This document shows positions 46,521-56,985 of a stretch of DNA of 64,000 nucleotides, piece by piece (within the stretch, counting starts at the first letter, position 1; each line of letters begins with the position of its first letter). The notes below the pieces were generated by a model. That model was not told where the DNA came from and did not search any database. It saw only the letters and a list, made by a program, of their open reading frames with translations. The position numbers and the translations under genes are program-made. The stretch is from Desulfobacterales bacterium (GTDB lineage: Bacteria; Desulfobacterota; Desulfobacteria; Desulfobacterales; UBA2245): positions 310,001-374,000 of the forward strand of contig JAXGZF010000007.1 in the NCBI GenBank assembly GCA_040771865.1. Reading direction: 5' to 3'.

Positions 46521-47360
46521 TTACTTGGCGTTCTGCAGCTTGCAGAATTCATCCATGCACCGCTTCTCATCTTCGCGGTAGGATGCCAGACGCTTCATCA
46601 GCTCATCGTAGTCCACCTGATGGCCGTCAAATTCCGGACCGTCTACGCAGGCAAACCTGGTTTTTCCGCCCACGGACACACGGCAGCCGCCGCACATGCC
46701 AGTTCCATCCACCATGATCGGGTTCAGGCTGACGATGGTCGGCACGTTGTATTTCTTGGTCAGCTGGGAGAGAAACTTCATCATGGGAACGGGACCGATG
46801 GCCACGCACAGCTTGATGTTCTTGTTCTTCTGAAGCACGTCCTCGAGCTGAACGGTGACAAAGCCGGGGAATCCGTAGGAACCGTCGTCGGTGCAAACGC
46901 GAAGTTCATGGGAGGCGGCTTTCATTCTGTCTTCGAGGATGAGCAGGTCCTTGGTCTTGGCGCCGATGATGCAGATCACGTGGTTGCCGGCCGCCTTGAG
47001 CCCCTTGGTAATGGGATGCATAACCGCAACGCCGGTTCCGCCGCCCACGCAGACCACGTCTCCGAGTTTTTCAAGATGGGTGGGTTTGCCCAGAGGACCG
47101 ATGACATCCTGGTAGCTGTCGCCCACTTTCAAGGTTTTGAAAAGGGCGGTGGATTTTCCGACGATCATGTAGATGATGGTGATGGTTCCTTTTTCAGGGT
47201 CGGTATCGGCCATGGTCAGGGGAATCCGTTCACCGGTTTCGGTGGCCTTCAGAATAACGAATTGGCCGGGTTTGGCTTTTTTGGCGATCAAGGGAGCTTC
47301 AATTTCATTTAAAACGATAGTTCCTTGCGCCATCTCTTCTCTTGCAACAATCTTAAACAT
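46521..47360 (-). CDS. nfnA: NfnA/SudB-like FAD/[2Fe-2S] subunit
   Basis: GERIPLT, GGGTG, MVDGTGMCGGCR..CVDGPEF. Confidence 0.88.
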   Translation of the reverse strand: MFKIVAREEMAQGTIVLNEIEAPLIAKKAKPGQFVILKATETGERIPLTMADTDPEKGTITIIYMIVGKSTALFKTLKVGDSYQDVIGPLGKPTHLEKLGDVVCVGGGTGVAVMHPITKGLKAAGNHVICIIGAKTKDLLILEDRMKAASHELRVCTDDGSYGFPGFVTVQLEDVLQKNKNIKLCVAIGPVPMMKFLSQLTKKYNVPTIVSLNPIMVDGTGMCGGCRVSVGGKTRFACVDGPEFDGHQVDYDELMKRLASYREDEKRCMDEFCKLQNAK

Positions 47361-47541
47361 GACAAACCTCCAGAGCGTAATGTGTTAAAGCCGGAAGGAG
47401 CATAACTCCCTACTCTATCTATATGGATCAAAAGGTGCGAATACCAAGCATTTACGATTTAGTCAACCCAAAAATATTGATGTCCTTCTTTTTTGATGTT
47501 AAAGGCCGTTTTGAACGACCAATCCGAACCAGGAATTTCTC

Positions 47542-48363
47542 ATGAAACTGTTCGACAGCCACTGTCATATCGACAGCGCCGAATACGACGACGACCGTAA
47601 CGCCGTACTTCAAAGGGCACGAGAGGCCGGCGTCGCTGCCTGCATGATCGCCGGAATCAATGCGGAAAGCGCTTTTAAGGCCGTTTCCCTGGCCGATTCC
47701 AGCGACATGCTTTATGCGTCGGTCGGCATTCATCCGCATGATGCGTCGAACTGCACTGACACGGTGCTTGAGTATCTTACGGAACTGGCCGTTCATCCCA
47801 AGGTCTGCGCCTGGGGGGAGATCGGACTGGACTTCAACCGGATGCATTCGCCAAAACCGGTTCAGGAATACTGGATGGCGCGGCAGCTCGATCTTGCGTT
47901 GGAACTGAAGCTGCCTCTGATCTTTCATGAAAGGGACACCGACGGACGAATGCTGGAAATTCTGAAGTCCCACGCGCCCGAAACCATTCAGGGGGTGGTT
48001 CATTGCTTCACCGGATCGGAAGACGAGCTTTCCGCTTATCTGGAGCTGGGTCTTTGCATCGGCATCACCGGAATCATTACCATGGAAAAGCGCGGAGAAC
48101 CGCTGCGCCGGCTGATTTCCAGAATTCCGATGGAAAGAATGCTGATCGAAACCGACGCGCCCTATCTGACGCCGTCTCCGGAGCGCAATCGCTTCAAACG
48201 TAACGAACCGGCCTTTGTGCGCTCCGTTTTTCTGAAGCTGTCGAATCTGCTTAAAACGGATTCCAAAATTCTGGCCGAAACCCTTTGGAATAACACCTGC
48301 CGGACCTTTGGCATTGATCCGGCAACGGGCAATCGAAACCGAATTTCACTGCGCGGCGCATAA
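47542..48363 (+). CDS. tatD: TatD-family DNase
   Basis: DSHCH, GIHPH, GEIGLD, HCF, ETDAPYL. Confidence 0.93.
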   Translation: MKLFDSHCHIDSAEYDDDRNAVLQRAREAGVAACMIAGINAESAFKAVSLADSSDMLYASVGIHPHDASNCTDTVLEYLTELAVHPKVCAWGEIGLDFNRMHSPKPVQEYWMARQLDLALELKLPLIFHERDTDGRMLEILKSHAPETIQGVVHCFTGSEDELSAYLELGLCIGITGIITMEKRGEPLRRLISRIPMERMLIETDAPYLTPSPERNRFKRNEPAFVRSVFLKLSNLLKTDSKILAETLWNNTCRTFGIDPATGNRNRISLRGA

Positions 48364-48511
48364 ATAAAAAGTCCCCTGAATCGCGCCCGGTTAAAGCATT
48401 GACACCCGCCATGCCCGGTGTTATAGAGGTAACTCTTATAAAATAACAGACCGCTTTTTTCGGGCCGGTCGCAGGCGCGAACACGGCCCTGTACGCAAAG
48501 GAGGAACAACC

Positions 48512-48709
48512 ATGTTTGGAATCGGAATGCCCGAACTGATCATCATACTGGTCATCATACTGATCATTTTCGGCGCCGGAAAACTGCCTGAAATCGGCTC
48601 CGGCATCGGCAAGGGAATCAAGAACTTCAAGAAAGCCACCACCGAGGTGGAAGAAAAAGACAAAGAAGAAAAAATAGAAAAAATAGAAGACAAATCCGAC
48701 AAAGCCTGA
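48512..48709 (+). CDS. tatA: Twin-arginine translocase TatA
   Basis: [36 protein letters not shown]. Confidence 0.96.
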   Translation: MFGIGMPELIIILVIILIIFGAGKLPEIGSGIGKGIKNFKKATTEVEEKDKEEKIEKIEDKSDKA

Positions 48710-48715
48710 AACGAG

Positions 48716-48756
48716 AACCGGCGGCCGATTCTGTATCCATCGGCCGCCGGTTTTTT
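48716..48756 (+). terminator. Intrinsic terminator after tatA
   Basis: AACCGGCGGCCGAT...ATCGGCCGCCGGTT followed by Ts. Confidence 0.85.
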
Positions 48757-48894
48757 ATATTCGCCCGCATCCGGACATCGGGCTTTATATTCCATCACCC
48801 CGTCAAATTAATATCTGCGGCCATTTCGACCTGAAGACGGCCGTTTTTCATATCGTTTCAGGCACCGGAGCATAAACGGCGCACCGTCCGAATA

Positions 48895-50379
48895 CTAACG
48901 GCGACCCGATCCCCCCAGAATGCCGCCCAGAATGCCGCGCAATATCTGCCGGCCGATCTGGCTTCCCACGGTGCGGGCGGTCTGTTTGGCCATGGCTTCC
49001 ACCACGCCCTGCCGGCGTTTGGTGCCCCAGAGCCACTCGCTGATCTTTCCCCCGACCGGAGACGGTTTCTCCGCCTCAGCCTGCCGGGGCAGATCCGCGC
49101 CTTTCGTTTCCGCCCGCCGGCTCAGAATCTCGTAGGCCGACTCGCGGTTCACCGGGATGTCGTACTTGAGACCAACCGGGCTGCGCATTCGAACGGCCGA
49201 TCGCTCTTCCTCGGTGATTGCCCCGATCCTGCAGCGCGGCGGAGAGATCAGCGTACGTTCCACCGGCATTGGCACGCCCTTTTCCTGAAGCGTGGAAACC
49301 AGGGCTTCGCCCACGCTCAGCTGGGATATGACACCCGCCACGTCCAGTCTCGGATTCGGAACAAAGGTTTGTGCGGCGGTTTTCACCGCTTTCTGGTCGC
49401 GCGGCGTGTAAGCCCGAAGCGCGTGCTGAATCCGGTTCCCAAGCTGTCCCAGAATTTCGTTGGGCACATCGTCGGGAAATTGCGAGCAGAAATACACGCC
49501 GACGCCCTTGGACCGGATAATGCGAACGACCTGCTCCACCCGCTGGCGCAGCATCGGGGGTGCGTCGTCAAAAAGCAGGTGGGCCTCGTCAAAGAAAAAC
49601 ACCAGCCTGGGCTTCTCGAGATCGCCCACCTCGGGCAAATTCTCGAACAGTTCCGAGAGCAGCCACAGCAGAAGGCTCGAATACAGCCTTGGCTTCAGAA
49701 TGAGCCGGTCCGCGGCCAGTATGCTGATGATGCCGCGGCCGCTGAGATCGGTACGCATCAGGTCGTTCAGATCCAGGGCCGGCTCGCCGAACAGGGCCGC
49801 CCCCCCCTGCCGCTCCAGCGAAAGCAGAGCGCGCTGAATGGCGGCCACGGACTGGGCGCTGACAAGGCCGTATTGCGCCGAGATTTCCTTGCGGTTTTCG
49901 GCGACAAAACCGAGCAGGGCCCGCAAATCGTCGATGTCAAGCAGCAGCAGGCCTTGATCGTCGGCCAGCTTGAAGGCGATCTCAAGCACCCCGGCCTGGG
50001 TGTCGTTAATCTCGAGAATGCGTCCGGTCAGGCTCGGACCCATTTCGCTGATCGTGGTGCGCACCGGATGGCCCGACTTGCCGAACACATCCCAGAACAG
50101 CACGGAATTCGCCTCGTGGGTGTAGCCCTCGATTCCGATCTGGGCCACGCGCTGCCGAATCTTCTCGCTGTCGCTGCCGGCCATCGCCAGGCCGGCCACA
50201 TCGCCTTTCACGTCGGCCATGAACACCGGAACGCCCATCCGCGAAAATCCCTCGGCCAGCACCATCAGGGAAACGGTCTTGCCGGTGCCGGTGGCGCCCG
50301 CGATCAGGCCATGACGGTTGCCGTACCTGGCAAGCAATTGAACGGGCTGCTGTCCCCTGCCGATCAGTATATGGCTCAT
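48895..50379 (-). CDS. yjgR: DUF853/YjgR HerA-like ATPase
   Basis: NRHGLIAGATGTGKT, DVKGD, FFDEAH, RSKGVG, QHALRAYTP. Confidence 0.9.
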   Translation of the reverse strand: MSHILIGRGQQPVQLLARYGNRHGLIAGATGTGKTVSLMVLAEGFSRMGVPVFMADVKGDVAGLAMAGSDSEKIRQRVAQIGIEGYTHEANSVLFWDVFGKSGHPVRTTISEMGPSLTGRILEINDTQAGVLEIAFKLADDQGLLLLDIDDLRALLGFVAENRKEISAQYGLVSAQSVAAIQRALLSLERQGGAALFGEPALDLNDLMRTDLSGRGIISILAADRLILKPRLYSSLLLWLLSELFENLPEVGDLEKPRLVFFFDEAHLLFDDAPPMLRQRVEQVVRIIRSKGVGVYFCSQFPDDVPNEILGQLGNRIQHALRAYTPRDQKAVKTAAQTFVPNPRLDVAGVISQLSVGEALVSTLQEKGVPMPVERTLISPPRCRIGAITEEERSAVRMRSPVGLKYDIPVNRESAYEILSRRAETKGADLPRQAEAEKPSPVGGKISEWLWGTKRRQGVVEAMAKQTARTVGSQIGRQILRGILGGILGGSGRR

Positions 50380-50481
50380 AAGCACCCTCCTCTGTGATGC
50401 GAATCCGTTATGCCGGCACGATGCGAAATCGGCCGGCCGCAATCCGGACTAATCGCTGCCCAGGACAGCATGGCCCGGAAT

Positions 50482-50916
50482 TCATGAGTTGAAAATCATC
50501 TCGATCTCCGAATGCCCCGTGGATTTGTCGATCCGTTCTCTTACAGGCTTAAATCCGCAACGCTTATAAAAATCAACGCTCTTTTGATTTTCTTTATATA
50601 CCGTAAGATTTAAATTCTGACGAACATCTTTCGATTTTTCAATCAGTTTTCTGCCGATTCCCCTACCCTGGGCGCACGGCGAAACAAAAAGAGCGGCCAG
50701 CGTTTCGTCGACCAGGCAGACAAACCCCCGGATGAAACCCGCTTCTTCGTATACATAGGTTTCCGATGCCGGAATATAAACTTCGCGCATATCGATGACC
50801 CTGGATCTCCAGAAATTTCCGGCCACAAAATCATGCGCCGTGATCGAGGCATCCAGCCAGATTTCGATGACGGCATCCATGTCGGACGGGTGAAAATCGC
50901 GAATCATGCTTTTCAA
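50482..50916 (-). CDS. GNAT acetyltransferase
   Basis: AHDF, QGRGIG, VYKEN..FY. Confidence 0.9.
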   Translation of the reverse strand: MKSMIRDFHPSDMDAVIEIWLDASITAHDFVAGNFWRSRVIDMREVYIPASETYVYEEAGFIRGFVCLVDETLAALFVSPCAQGRGIGRKLIEKSKDVRQNLNLTVYKENQKSVDFYKRCGFKPVRERIDKSTGHSEIEMIFNS

Positions 50917-50981
50917 AATTTCATCTGAATCATTTTCCGGAAAATCCGGTTCTTCTGAATCCGGCGCCGCCGGGTGAAACA

Positions 50982-51099
50982 GGCTGACGCTATAGATGAA
51001 AACCGCAGGGCCTCACACGCTGCCCTGGCCGCCGCGCATAAAAAAGCGGGTAGGAGAATTCAGCGAAATTGTCTGTCCCTGTTGATGCGGCTGTCAGGC
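50982..51099 (-). other. Degenerate attC-like palindromic site
   Basis: Minus strand GCCTGAC..CGCATCAAC...TTTATGCG...GTCAGCC, starting at the stop codon of the DUF3788-like gene. Confidence 0.4.
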
Positions 51100-51549
51100 A
51101 GGGTTTCTAACGTTCTTCGGCCTTCGTTTCACAGCCAGCAGCCGTTCCACGTCAGAAACAACAACCTCATCATCAACGCTGAGAAGAACCCACTTGCCAT
51201 CGTGATATGTCCTGGCTTCGTCATAGGCCGCTCGCGTTTTTTCCGACAATTCATGCCGCATGGCTTCCACACCTGAACGTTCATCCGCACCGAAAACGAT
51301 GAGCAGCAGGAAGCGATCCTTCTCCGGAATCAGGGTGCAAAAGGATTTGCTCTTTCTGTACCGCAGAGACCATCCGTGCTTCTTCCCCCCGTACAGCCAT
51401 TCCGGAGTGAAAACGTCCGGATAGCTGCGTGCAATCATATCTGAAACGGACTTCCAGAAAACACAGGCCCTTGACCCGATCCACGATTCAACCTGTTGAG
51501 GGCCGGGCGGTTTGCCGGAATCAGTTAAACGCGGACTTTTTTCGCTCAT
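51094..51549 (-). CDS. DUF3788-like protein
   Basis: WLYGGKKHGWSLRYRK..FCTLIP, YHDGKW, KRRP. Confidence 0.8.
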   Translation of the reverse strand: MSEKSPRLTDSGKPPGPQQVESWIGSRACVFWKSVSDMIARSYPDVFTPEWLYGGKKHGWSLRYRKSKSFCTLIPEKDRFLLLIVFGADERSGVEAMRHELSEKTRAAYDEARTYHDGKWVLLSVDDEVVVSDVERLLAVKRRPKNVRNPA

Positions 51550-51592
51550 ATTTTATTCTTGCACAGCCGTTGATGGATTCGCCTGTCTTTTA

Positions 51593-51736
51593 GCGGCTGT
51601 TGAAAAACAAGAATCAGGTTGCCAGGCAGGGCGCGCGGCGTTGCGACAGGCGCAAGCATATTCAAGCATACATGAGCATTGGCGAGAGCCGCGCAACGCT
51701 GCATGGCAGCCTTGGGCGCAGTTTTTCAGCAGTCTG
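51593..51736. mobile_element. MITE-like palindromic element, copy 2
   Basis: Aligns along its whole length with 22471-22613; abuts the ssb stop codon. Confidence 0.8.
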
Positions 51737-52171
51737 TCAGAACGGAATATCGTCTTCCGGAATACCGGGAGGATACCCCTCTGGACCTCGCGCTCCCGCG
51801 TCGGGCGGTCCGCCGGACGGCCGCCCGGAATCGGAAGCGTCCCGGCCGCCAAGAAACTGAACGTCACTGGCCACGATTTCGGTGGTGTAGCGGGTCACGC
51901 CGTCCTTTTCCCAGGAACGGGTCTGCAGCCGGCCCTCCACATACACCTGCTTGCCCTTGCTCAGATATTCCGCACAGATCTCGCCGAGTTTTCCGAAGGC
52001 AGCAATCCGGTGCCACTCGGTCTTTTCTTTTTTTTCGCCGGTATTCTTGTCCTTCCACTCAATTGAAGTGGCGATGCTGAAATTCACCACGGCCGTGCCG
52101 TCCGAAAAATAACGAACATCCGGATCCTTACCCAGCCGGCCGACGAGTATCACCTTGTTAATCCCTGCCAT
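51737..52171 (-). CDS. ssb: Single-stranded DNA-binding protein
   Basis: [18 protein letters not shown]-terminal DDIPF. Confidence 0.98.
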   Translation of the reverse strand: MAGINKVILVGRLGKDPDVRYFSDGTAVVNFSIATSIEWKDKNTGEKKEKTEWHRIAAFGKLGEICAEYLSKGKQVYVEGRLQTRSWEKDGVTRYTTEIVASDVQFLGGRDASDSGRPSGGPPDAGARGPEGYPPGIPEDDIPF

Positions 52172-52292
52172 GAACTGTCTCCTTTGATCGATGATTGTGA
52201 AACTTTCCGCTTGTGCGCCGTGCCGTCAATCTGTCTTCCGAAATACCCGAATCATCCGGCAAAGTCAATCCGCGGCCGGCCACGTGCTCAAA

Positions 52293-53003
52293 TCAGACCA
52301 CGATCCCGTACGTCCAGGAAACCTCGATCACTCCTTTCAGGGCGGCGAGCTGATCGTAGATGTCCTGCCACTGCCGCTCGCCGATGGAAACGATTCGAAA
52401 ATCGTACACGGCAACATTCTGGGCGAGATTGTTCCGGTAGCTTCTTCTTTCAACCGTGATCGAATCGTCTCGCTTCAAGACAGCCTCCACGGACGACCAG
52501 TCGCATATGCCTGAAGTGGCGACAACGGTGATGCTGGCCCGTTTCTCACGCTGAAGCCGGCCCTTGAAGCGCCGCAGTCCATAAAGCACCATGGCCGCGA
52601 TCAAAACGGTCATAACCGCCGGAAGGTAGAAACCCGCGCCAACGGCCAGTCCCACGCCGGTGAGCATCCACAGCCCCGCCGCCGTGGTCAGTCCTCGAAC
52701 CGATCCGGCCCCCTTGATGATCGCGCCTCCCCCCAGAAATCCCATGCCCGCAACCGCATAGGAGGCGATCCGGCCCGGATCCAGACGCACCGCAGCGTTG
52801 GTGTCCAGATGACGGAAAAGGGTCTCCATATTCAGCGACACCTGCATCATCAGGCATGCACTCATGCAGATCATGATATTGGTTCTAAACCCGGCGCTTT
52901 CACCGTGCATTTCCCTCTCCAGGCCGATCAGACCTCCGAGGAAGGCCGCCGTCAGCAACTGGCAGACCAGCCGGGCGCTGTCGGACAATTCAATCAAACT
53001 CAT
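52293..53003 (-). CDS. MgtC/SapB family protein
   Basis: IGLERE, AGFRT, DPGRIA, GFLGGG, GLTTAA. Confidence 0.92.
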   Translation of the reverse strand: MSLIELSDSARLVCQLLTAAFLGGLIGLEREMHGESAGFRTNIMICMSACLMMQVSLNMETLFRHLDTNAAVRLDPGRIASYAVAGMGFLGGGAIIKGAGSVRGLTTAAGLWMLTGVGLAVGAGFYLPAVMTVLIAAMVLYGLRRFKGRLQREKRASITVVATSGICDWSSVEAVLKRDDSITVERRSYRNNLAQNVAVYDFRIVSIGERQWQDIYDQLAALKGVIEVSWTYGIVV

Positions 53004-53223
53004 GCGACGATCATATCCTTTCCCTTGCCTGAAACATTCGATGGCCGGTTGCGCCTCAGCCCGGATGTTCAGGATCTGAAAACCCGTTTACAAAACCGTC
53101 TTCACCTGTTAAAAACTCCTGTTCAATCCGGCCTCTTATCACAGTCCGGAAAAGAATTCACCGGATTATTCGATTTTCTGCCGATGATCAGAAAAATCCC
53201 CTGATCTGCCATTGAATTCAACG

Positions 53224-54426
53224 ATGCAGAAAAAGCTTATGCCAGATCTTCAAAATCAAACCCAATCCATCGATGACCGGCTGAAAAAACGCATTCGACG
53301 GCGGGTGGGAGGCCGCATTCACGAATTTTTCATCGTTGTTGCACCCGGCCTTGAAAATATCGTTTTAGACGAACTCAAGAAAAAGCCGCTCCACCAAATT
53401 CAGGCCGAAATCTGTCCTGGGGGAATCGCCTTCAGCGGCCGGCTTGAAGATCTGTACAGGGCCGCACTGCATCTTCACTGCGCGAGCCGTATTCTGATGC
53501 GGCTGACGCGTTTCCGCGCAACGAATTTCCGCAGACTCGAAGATAAAATCAGTGCCCTTGACTGGGAACTCTTTCTGCCGGTCCGCAGTCTTCCTCATAT
53601 CCATGTCGTCTCCGCTCACTCCAGGCTCTACCACCAGCGCGCCGTTTCCGAACGGATCACGCAGATCATCGCTGAAAAACTCGACGACGCCGAGAATTTA
53701 TCGGATCAGCGTCTGTTTGTCCGCATTGTCGATGATGCCGTCACCGTCTCACTGGATGCCTGCGGCGACCTCCTCTACAAAAGGGGCATCAAACGCCATG
53801 CGCACCGGGCCCCGATCCGGGAAACCCTGGCGGCCGGCGCCCTGATGACGGCCGGATACACGGGCTCCGTTCCCCTGATCGACCCCATGTGCGGGTCCGG
53901 AACCTTTTCCATCGAAGCCGCGCTGATTGCCGCCAACATTCCGCCGGGCTGGTTCCGGAATTTCTCCTTCATGAAATGGCCCGCGTTTCAGCCAGGCCGT
54001 TGGAATTTTATTAAAAAAGAGGCTCGAAAGGCTTTTGAGGCCCGAAAGTCGAGGTCCATTTTTGCATCGGACATCGATGCCGATACCTGCTCGCGGCTCC
54101 AGGAATGCGTGGATGCGCATGGGTTTTCAAATATGGTTTCCGTGGAATGTCGGGATTTCTTTGCGCTTTGCCCATCAGGCCTGACAAAGGGAAAGGGAAT
54201 TGTCGCCATCAATCCGCCCTACGGGCTACGCCTTGAAAATGTCGAAACCAGCCGCCGTCTTTTCCGGGAAATCTGCGCAAAACTGAAAACCGACTACCGG
54301 GGTTGGACCGCGGTCCTGATCGCTCCTGAATTCGACTGGGCTTCCAGGGTTCCGTTCCGGTGCGCATCGATGAGTATTCCCCACGGCGGTCTGAGGCCCG
54401 CCCTTCTGTGGGGCCGCATCGAATAA
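53224..54426 (+). CDS. THUMP-domain RNA methyltransferase (RlmL-like)
   Basis: LYKRG, APIRETLAA, DPMCGSGT, NPPYG. Start uncertain. Confidence 0.88.
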   Translation: MQKKLMPDLQNQTQSIDDRLKKRIRRRVGGRIHEFFIVVAPGLENIVLDELKKKPLHQIQAEICPGGIAFSGRLEDLYRAALHLHCASRILMRLTRFRATNFRRLEDKISALDWELFLPVRSLPHIHVVSAHSRLYHQRAVSERITQIIAEKLDDAENLSDQRLFVRIVDDAVTVSLDACGDLLYKRGIKRHAHRAPIRETLAAGALMTAGYTGSVPLIDPMCGSGTFSIEAALIAANIPPGWFRNFSFMKWPAFQPGRWNFIKKEARKAFEARKSRSIFASDIDADTCSRLQECVDAHGFSNMVSVECRDFFALCPSGLTKGKGIVAINPPYGLRLENVETSRRLFREICAKLKTDYRGWTAVLIAPEFDWASRVPFRCASMSIPHGGLRPALLWGRIE

Positions 54427-54512
54427 AAAACGGCAGGAATTTTGAAATCCCTGCCGCATGGAATGTTCCCCTATCCGTTCGCGCAACGAACCCCGCGAAG
54501 GATTTCAGCCCA

Positions 54513-55325
54513 TCAATGTCCTCCGCCGGAATGTCCGCCCTCGGCCATGGCGTCCATCGCCCGTTTTGGATCGGCCTCCACTTTTCTGAGGATATCAAGG
54601 GTCTTTGCCTCAGGCAACCAGGAAACCTTACCCGTACCGACATCATACATGGCGCCCATGACCTTGACCTTGGCGCTCTTGACCAGTTCGCGGGCAACAG
54701 GACTTTCCATGAACAGATCTTCGATTCCCTGCCAGATGTTTTCTTCGATGGCAATCGGAATCACCGCGTCGCCGTGGGCGTCCGGATGCATCGCCATGGC
54801 GCGTTCAACCGCCGGTTTGATGTTGTCCACCAGCGGCGGAATATTTCTTTCCAGGGCGTGACCCGTGCCGTGAATGGCATGGGTCACCGCTGTGACCGCG
54901 CCGCACTGGGTGTGGCCCAGCACCACGAGAACCGGCGTGTTGACATGGGCCAGTCCGTACTCAATGGATCCGATCTCATCGACATCGCAGACGTTTCCGG
55001 CCACGCGGACCACGAAGATATCCATCACGCCGGCATCAAAAATCAGCTCCACCGGTACTCGGGAGTCGGAACAGGCGATCACCGTGGCATAGGCATGATT
55101 TCCCTGATTTTCCGTTCCGGCCAGTCGCAGCCGGGCATCATCCTGATGGGGATGGGCGGCTTTGCCGGAAACAAAGCGGGCATTTCCTGCCTTGAGCATT
55201 TCAATCACCTGATCCGGATCCGGTTTTTGGGCGGCTTCATGACCGCTGGCAAAACAGACGCCGGCCGCAAAGAATACGGCCGCAACCCAGCAAATTGCAA
55301 ACACCAGATTCACTCTCAGCTTCAT
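54513..55325 (-). CDS. Exported beta-carbonic anhydrase
   Basis: Signal peptide; CSDSR and HTQCGA; RBS AGGAGG. Confidence 0.93.
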   Translation of the reverse strand: MKLRVNLVFAICWVAAVFFAAGVCFASGHEAAQKPDPDQVIEMLKAGNARFVSGKAAHPHQDDARLRLAGTENQGNHAYATVIACSDSRVPVELIFDAGVMDIFVVRVAGNVCDVDEIGSIEYGLAHVNTPVLVVLGHTQCGAVTAVTHAIHGTGHALERNIPPLVDNIKPAVERAMAMHPDAHGDAVIPIAIEENIWQGIEDLFMESPVARELVKSAKVKVMGAMYDVGTGKVSWLPEAKTLDILRKVEADPKRAMDAMAEGGHSGGGH

Positions 55326-55425
55326 ACGTTGCCTCCTTTTGAAAAAATTCAATTTCGGTTTTTCTAAATCAAGTCCCCTTGAAAATTTTACACGCCGCAA
55401 AGCATCGGTTTTCCTTTTGATGCGT

Positions 55426-55737
55426 TCAATCAGAAGCCGGAACGGCAAGCCTGTTCAGCACCGAATTAATTTTTCGACCCATCCGCCCCTTCTCGCCTTT
55501 ACGCCAGTCCATCTTCAGGGTCAGATAGACCCGGTTACAGTCTTTCTCAAATGCCCTGAAGCACTGGGTCACCACATCCATCACCTCTTCCCACTGGCCC
55601 TCGATGCAGGTTCCCATGGGCGTCATGGTATGAGCCAGCCCGCTTTTCTTGATGATTTCAACGGCTCGAACCACATAGGCGCTCAGGCTCTCTCCCTTGT
55701 CCAGCGGGAATATGGCCAAATCGGCAATCACGCTCAT
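55426..55737 (-). CDS. MTH1187/YkoF thiamine-binding family protein
   Basis: IFPL..GESLS.YV, PMGTCIEG. Confidence 0.88.
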   Translation of the reverse strand: MSVIADLAIFPLDKGESLSAYVVRAVEIIKKSGLAHTMTPMGTCIEGQWEEVMDVVTQCFRAFEKDCNRVYLTLKMDWRKGEKGRMGRKINSVLNRLAVPASD

Positions 55738-55860
55738 TTTATCCTCCTGTTTGAATCCCTGAATCCATCATCGAATATGAAACATATCACAGGGGCATGT
55801 TCCGTGAACACAAAAAAATCGTTTCCATCCCGGTGATCCGAATGATACTATCCGCGCACC

Positions 55861-56985
55861 ATGAACGAAAAATTCATCGAATACGAACCGGTTCGGGATG
55901 TGGTGCTGGTCCTGGGCGCCGGCGCATCTTATGCCGACGGCGCGCCTTTAAAAAAGGGGCTGCTGCCTTACATTCTGGGCGGCCCGGATCCGGCTCTGGC
56001 CGCATCGGAAATTGCACAGGGCGTAAGCCGTTTCATTCAGGAAAATTTCAGGATCGAGCCCGGCGTTTATCCGAGCCTGGAGTCGGTGTTCGGTTATCTG
56101 GATTATTTCATCGAGCACCAGGAGAGCCTCGGAGGCGTCAACAGCACCTCCCGAATTCAGGAAATCAAGGAATCCCTGATCAAGCTCATTCATTACGTCA
56201 TCGGTCACAAACCCAGGGCCTATGCAGGCGTTTATCACCGGTTCTGGGAAACCATCCGGCAGTCCAACCGGAACATTTCCATACTCACCCTGAATTACGA
56301 CACCCTGCTCGATGAGGCCTTCAACTTTCTGTATCCGGATTATGCCTACATCGACTACTGCATCCACCTGATGAACTTCGACTACACCGATGAAATTGGA
56401 TGGGCCAACTGGTGGCGGGACGTCCGCAAACCCGTTCCGGTCAAACCCGGTACCCATCCCAGACCGGTGAAGATCATCAAGCTTCACGGAAGCCTGAACT
56501 GGAAATTCTGCAACTGCTGCAATCAGGTGCTGCTGACCCCGTGGAATACGGATATCGACCTGAAAACAGGAGGATTTCTGCGTTATGAGGATGCCGGCTT
56601 CAACCCGGACCAATCCAGGGTATATGAATACCTCTGCCCGCTGGACAAGACCCGTTTTCAGACCCTGATCGTGCCGCCGACTCACCTGAAAAACATCCGC
56701 CATCCGGTAATCGTCCAGCTGATGGAGGAGGCGGCCCGGGAAATTCGAAAATGCAGAAAGGTCGTTTTCATCGGGTATTCTTTTTCCGATGCCGACGTTC
56801 ATATCAAGGCCCTGTTCAAGAAAAATCTTAGGCCCGGCACGCCGCTGATCGTGGTCAATTCCCAGGATGCTCCGGAGCTGAAGCGGGCCTACGCCTCCCT
56901 GGGAAAAATCGAGTATATTCCCCTGTCCTTTGAAGATGTTGTCTCCGATGTCGATCTGATGCGCCGCCTGTGCCGCCATGAATGA
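55861..56985 (+). CDS. SIR2-like domain protein with Cys-rich insert
   Basis: LGAGAS, TLNYD, KLHGS, CNCC..CP, IVPPT, FIGYSFSDAD. Confidence 0.85.
   Translation: MNEKFIEYEPVRDVVLVLGAGASYADGAPLKKGLLPYILGGPDPALAASEIAQGVSRFIQENFRIEPGVYPSLESVFGYLDYFIEHQESLGGVNSTSRIQEIKESLIKLIHYVIGHKPRAYAGVYHRFWETIRQSNRNISILTLNYDTLLDEAFNFLYPDYAYIDYCIHLMNFDYTDEIGWANWWRDVRKPVPVKPGTHPRPVKIIKLHGSLNWKFCNCCNQVLLTPWNTDIDLKTGGFLRYEDAGFNPDQSRVYEYLCPLDKTRFQTLIVPPTHLKNIRHPVIVQLMEEAAREIRKCRKVVFIGYSFSDADVHIKALFKKNLRPGTPLIVVNSQDAPELKRAYASLGKIEYIPLSFEDVVSDVDLMRRLCRHE

Noticed and set aside
48895..56985. Sir2-HerA defence system
   Set aside because: The ATPase is the YjgR/DUF853 type, over 5 kb away on the opposite strand with housekeeping genes between.
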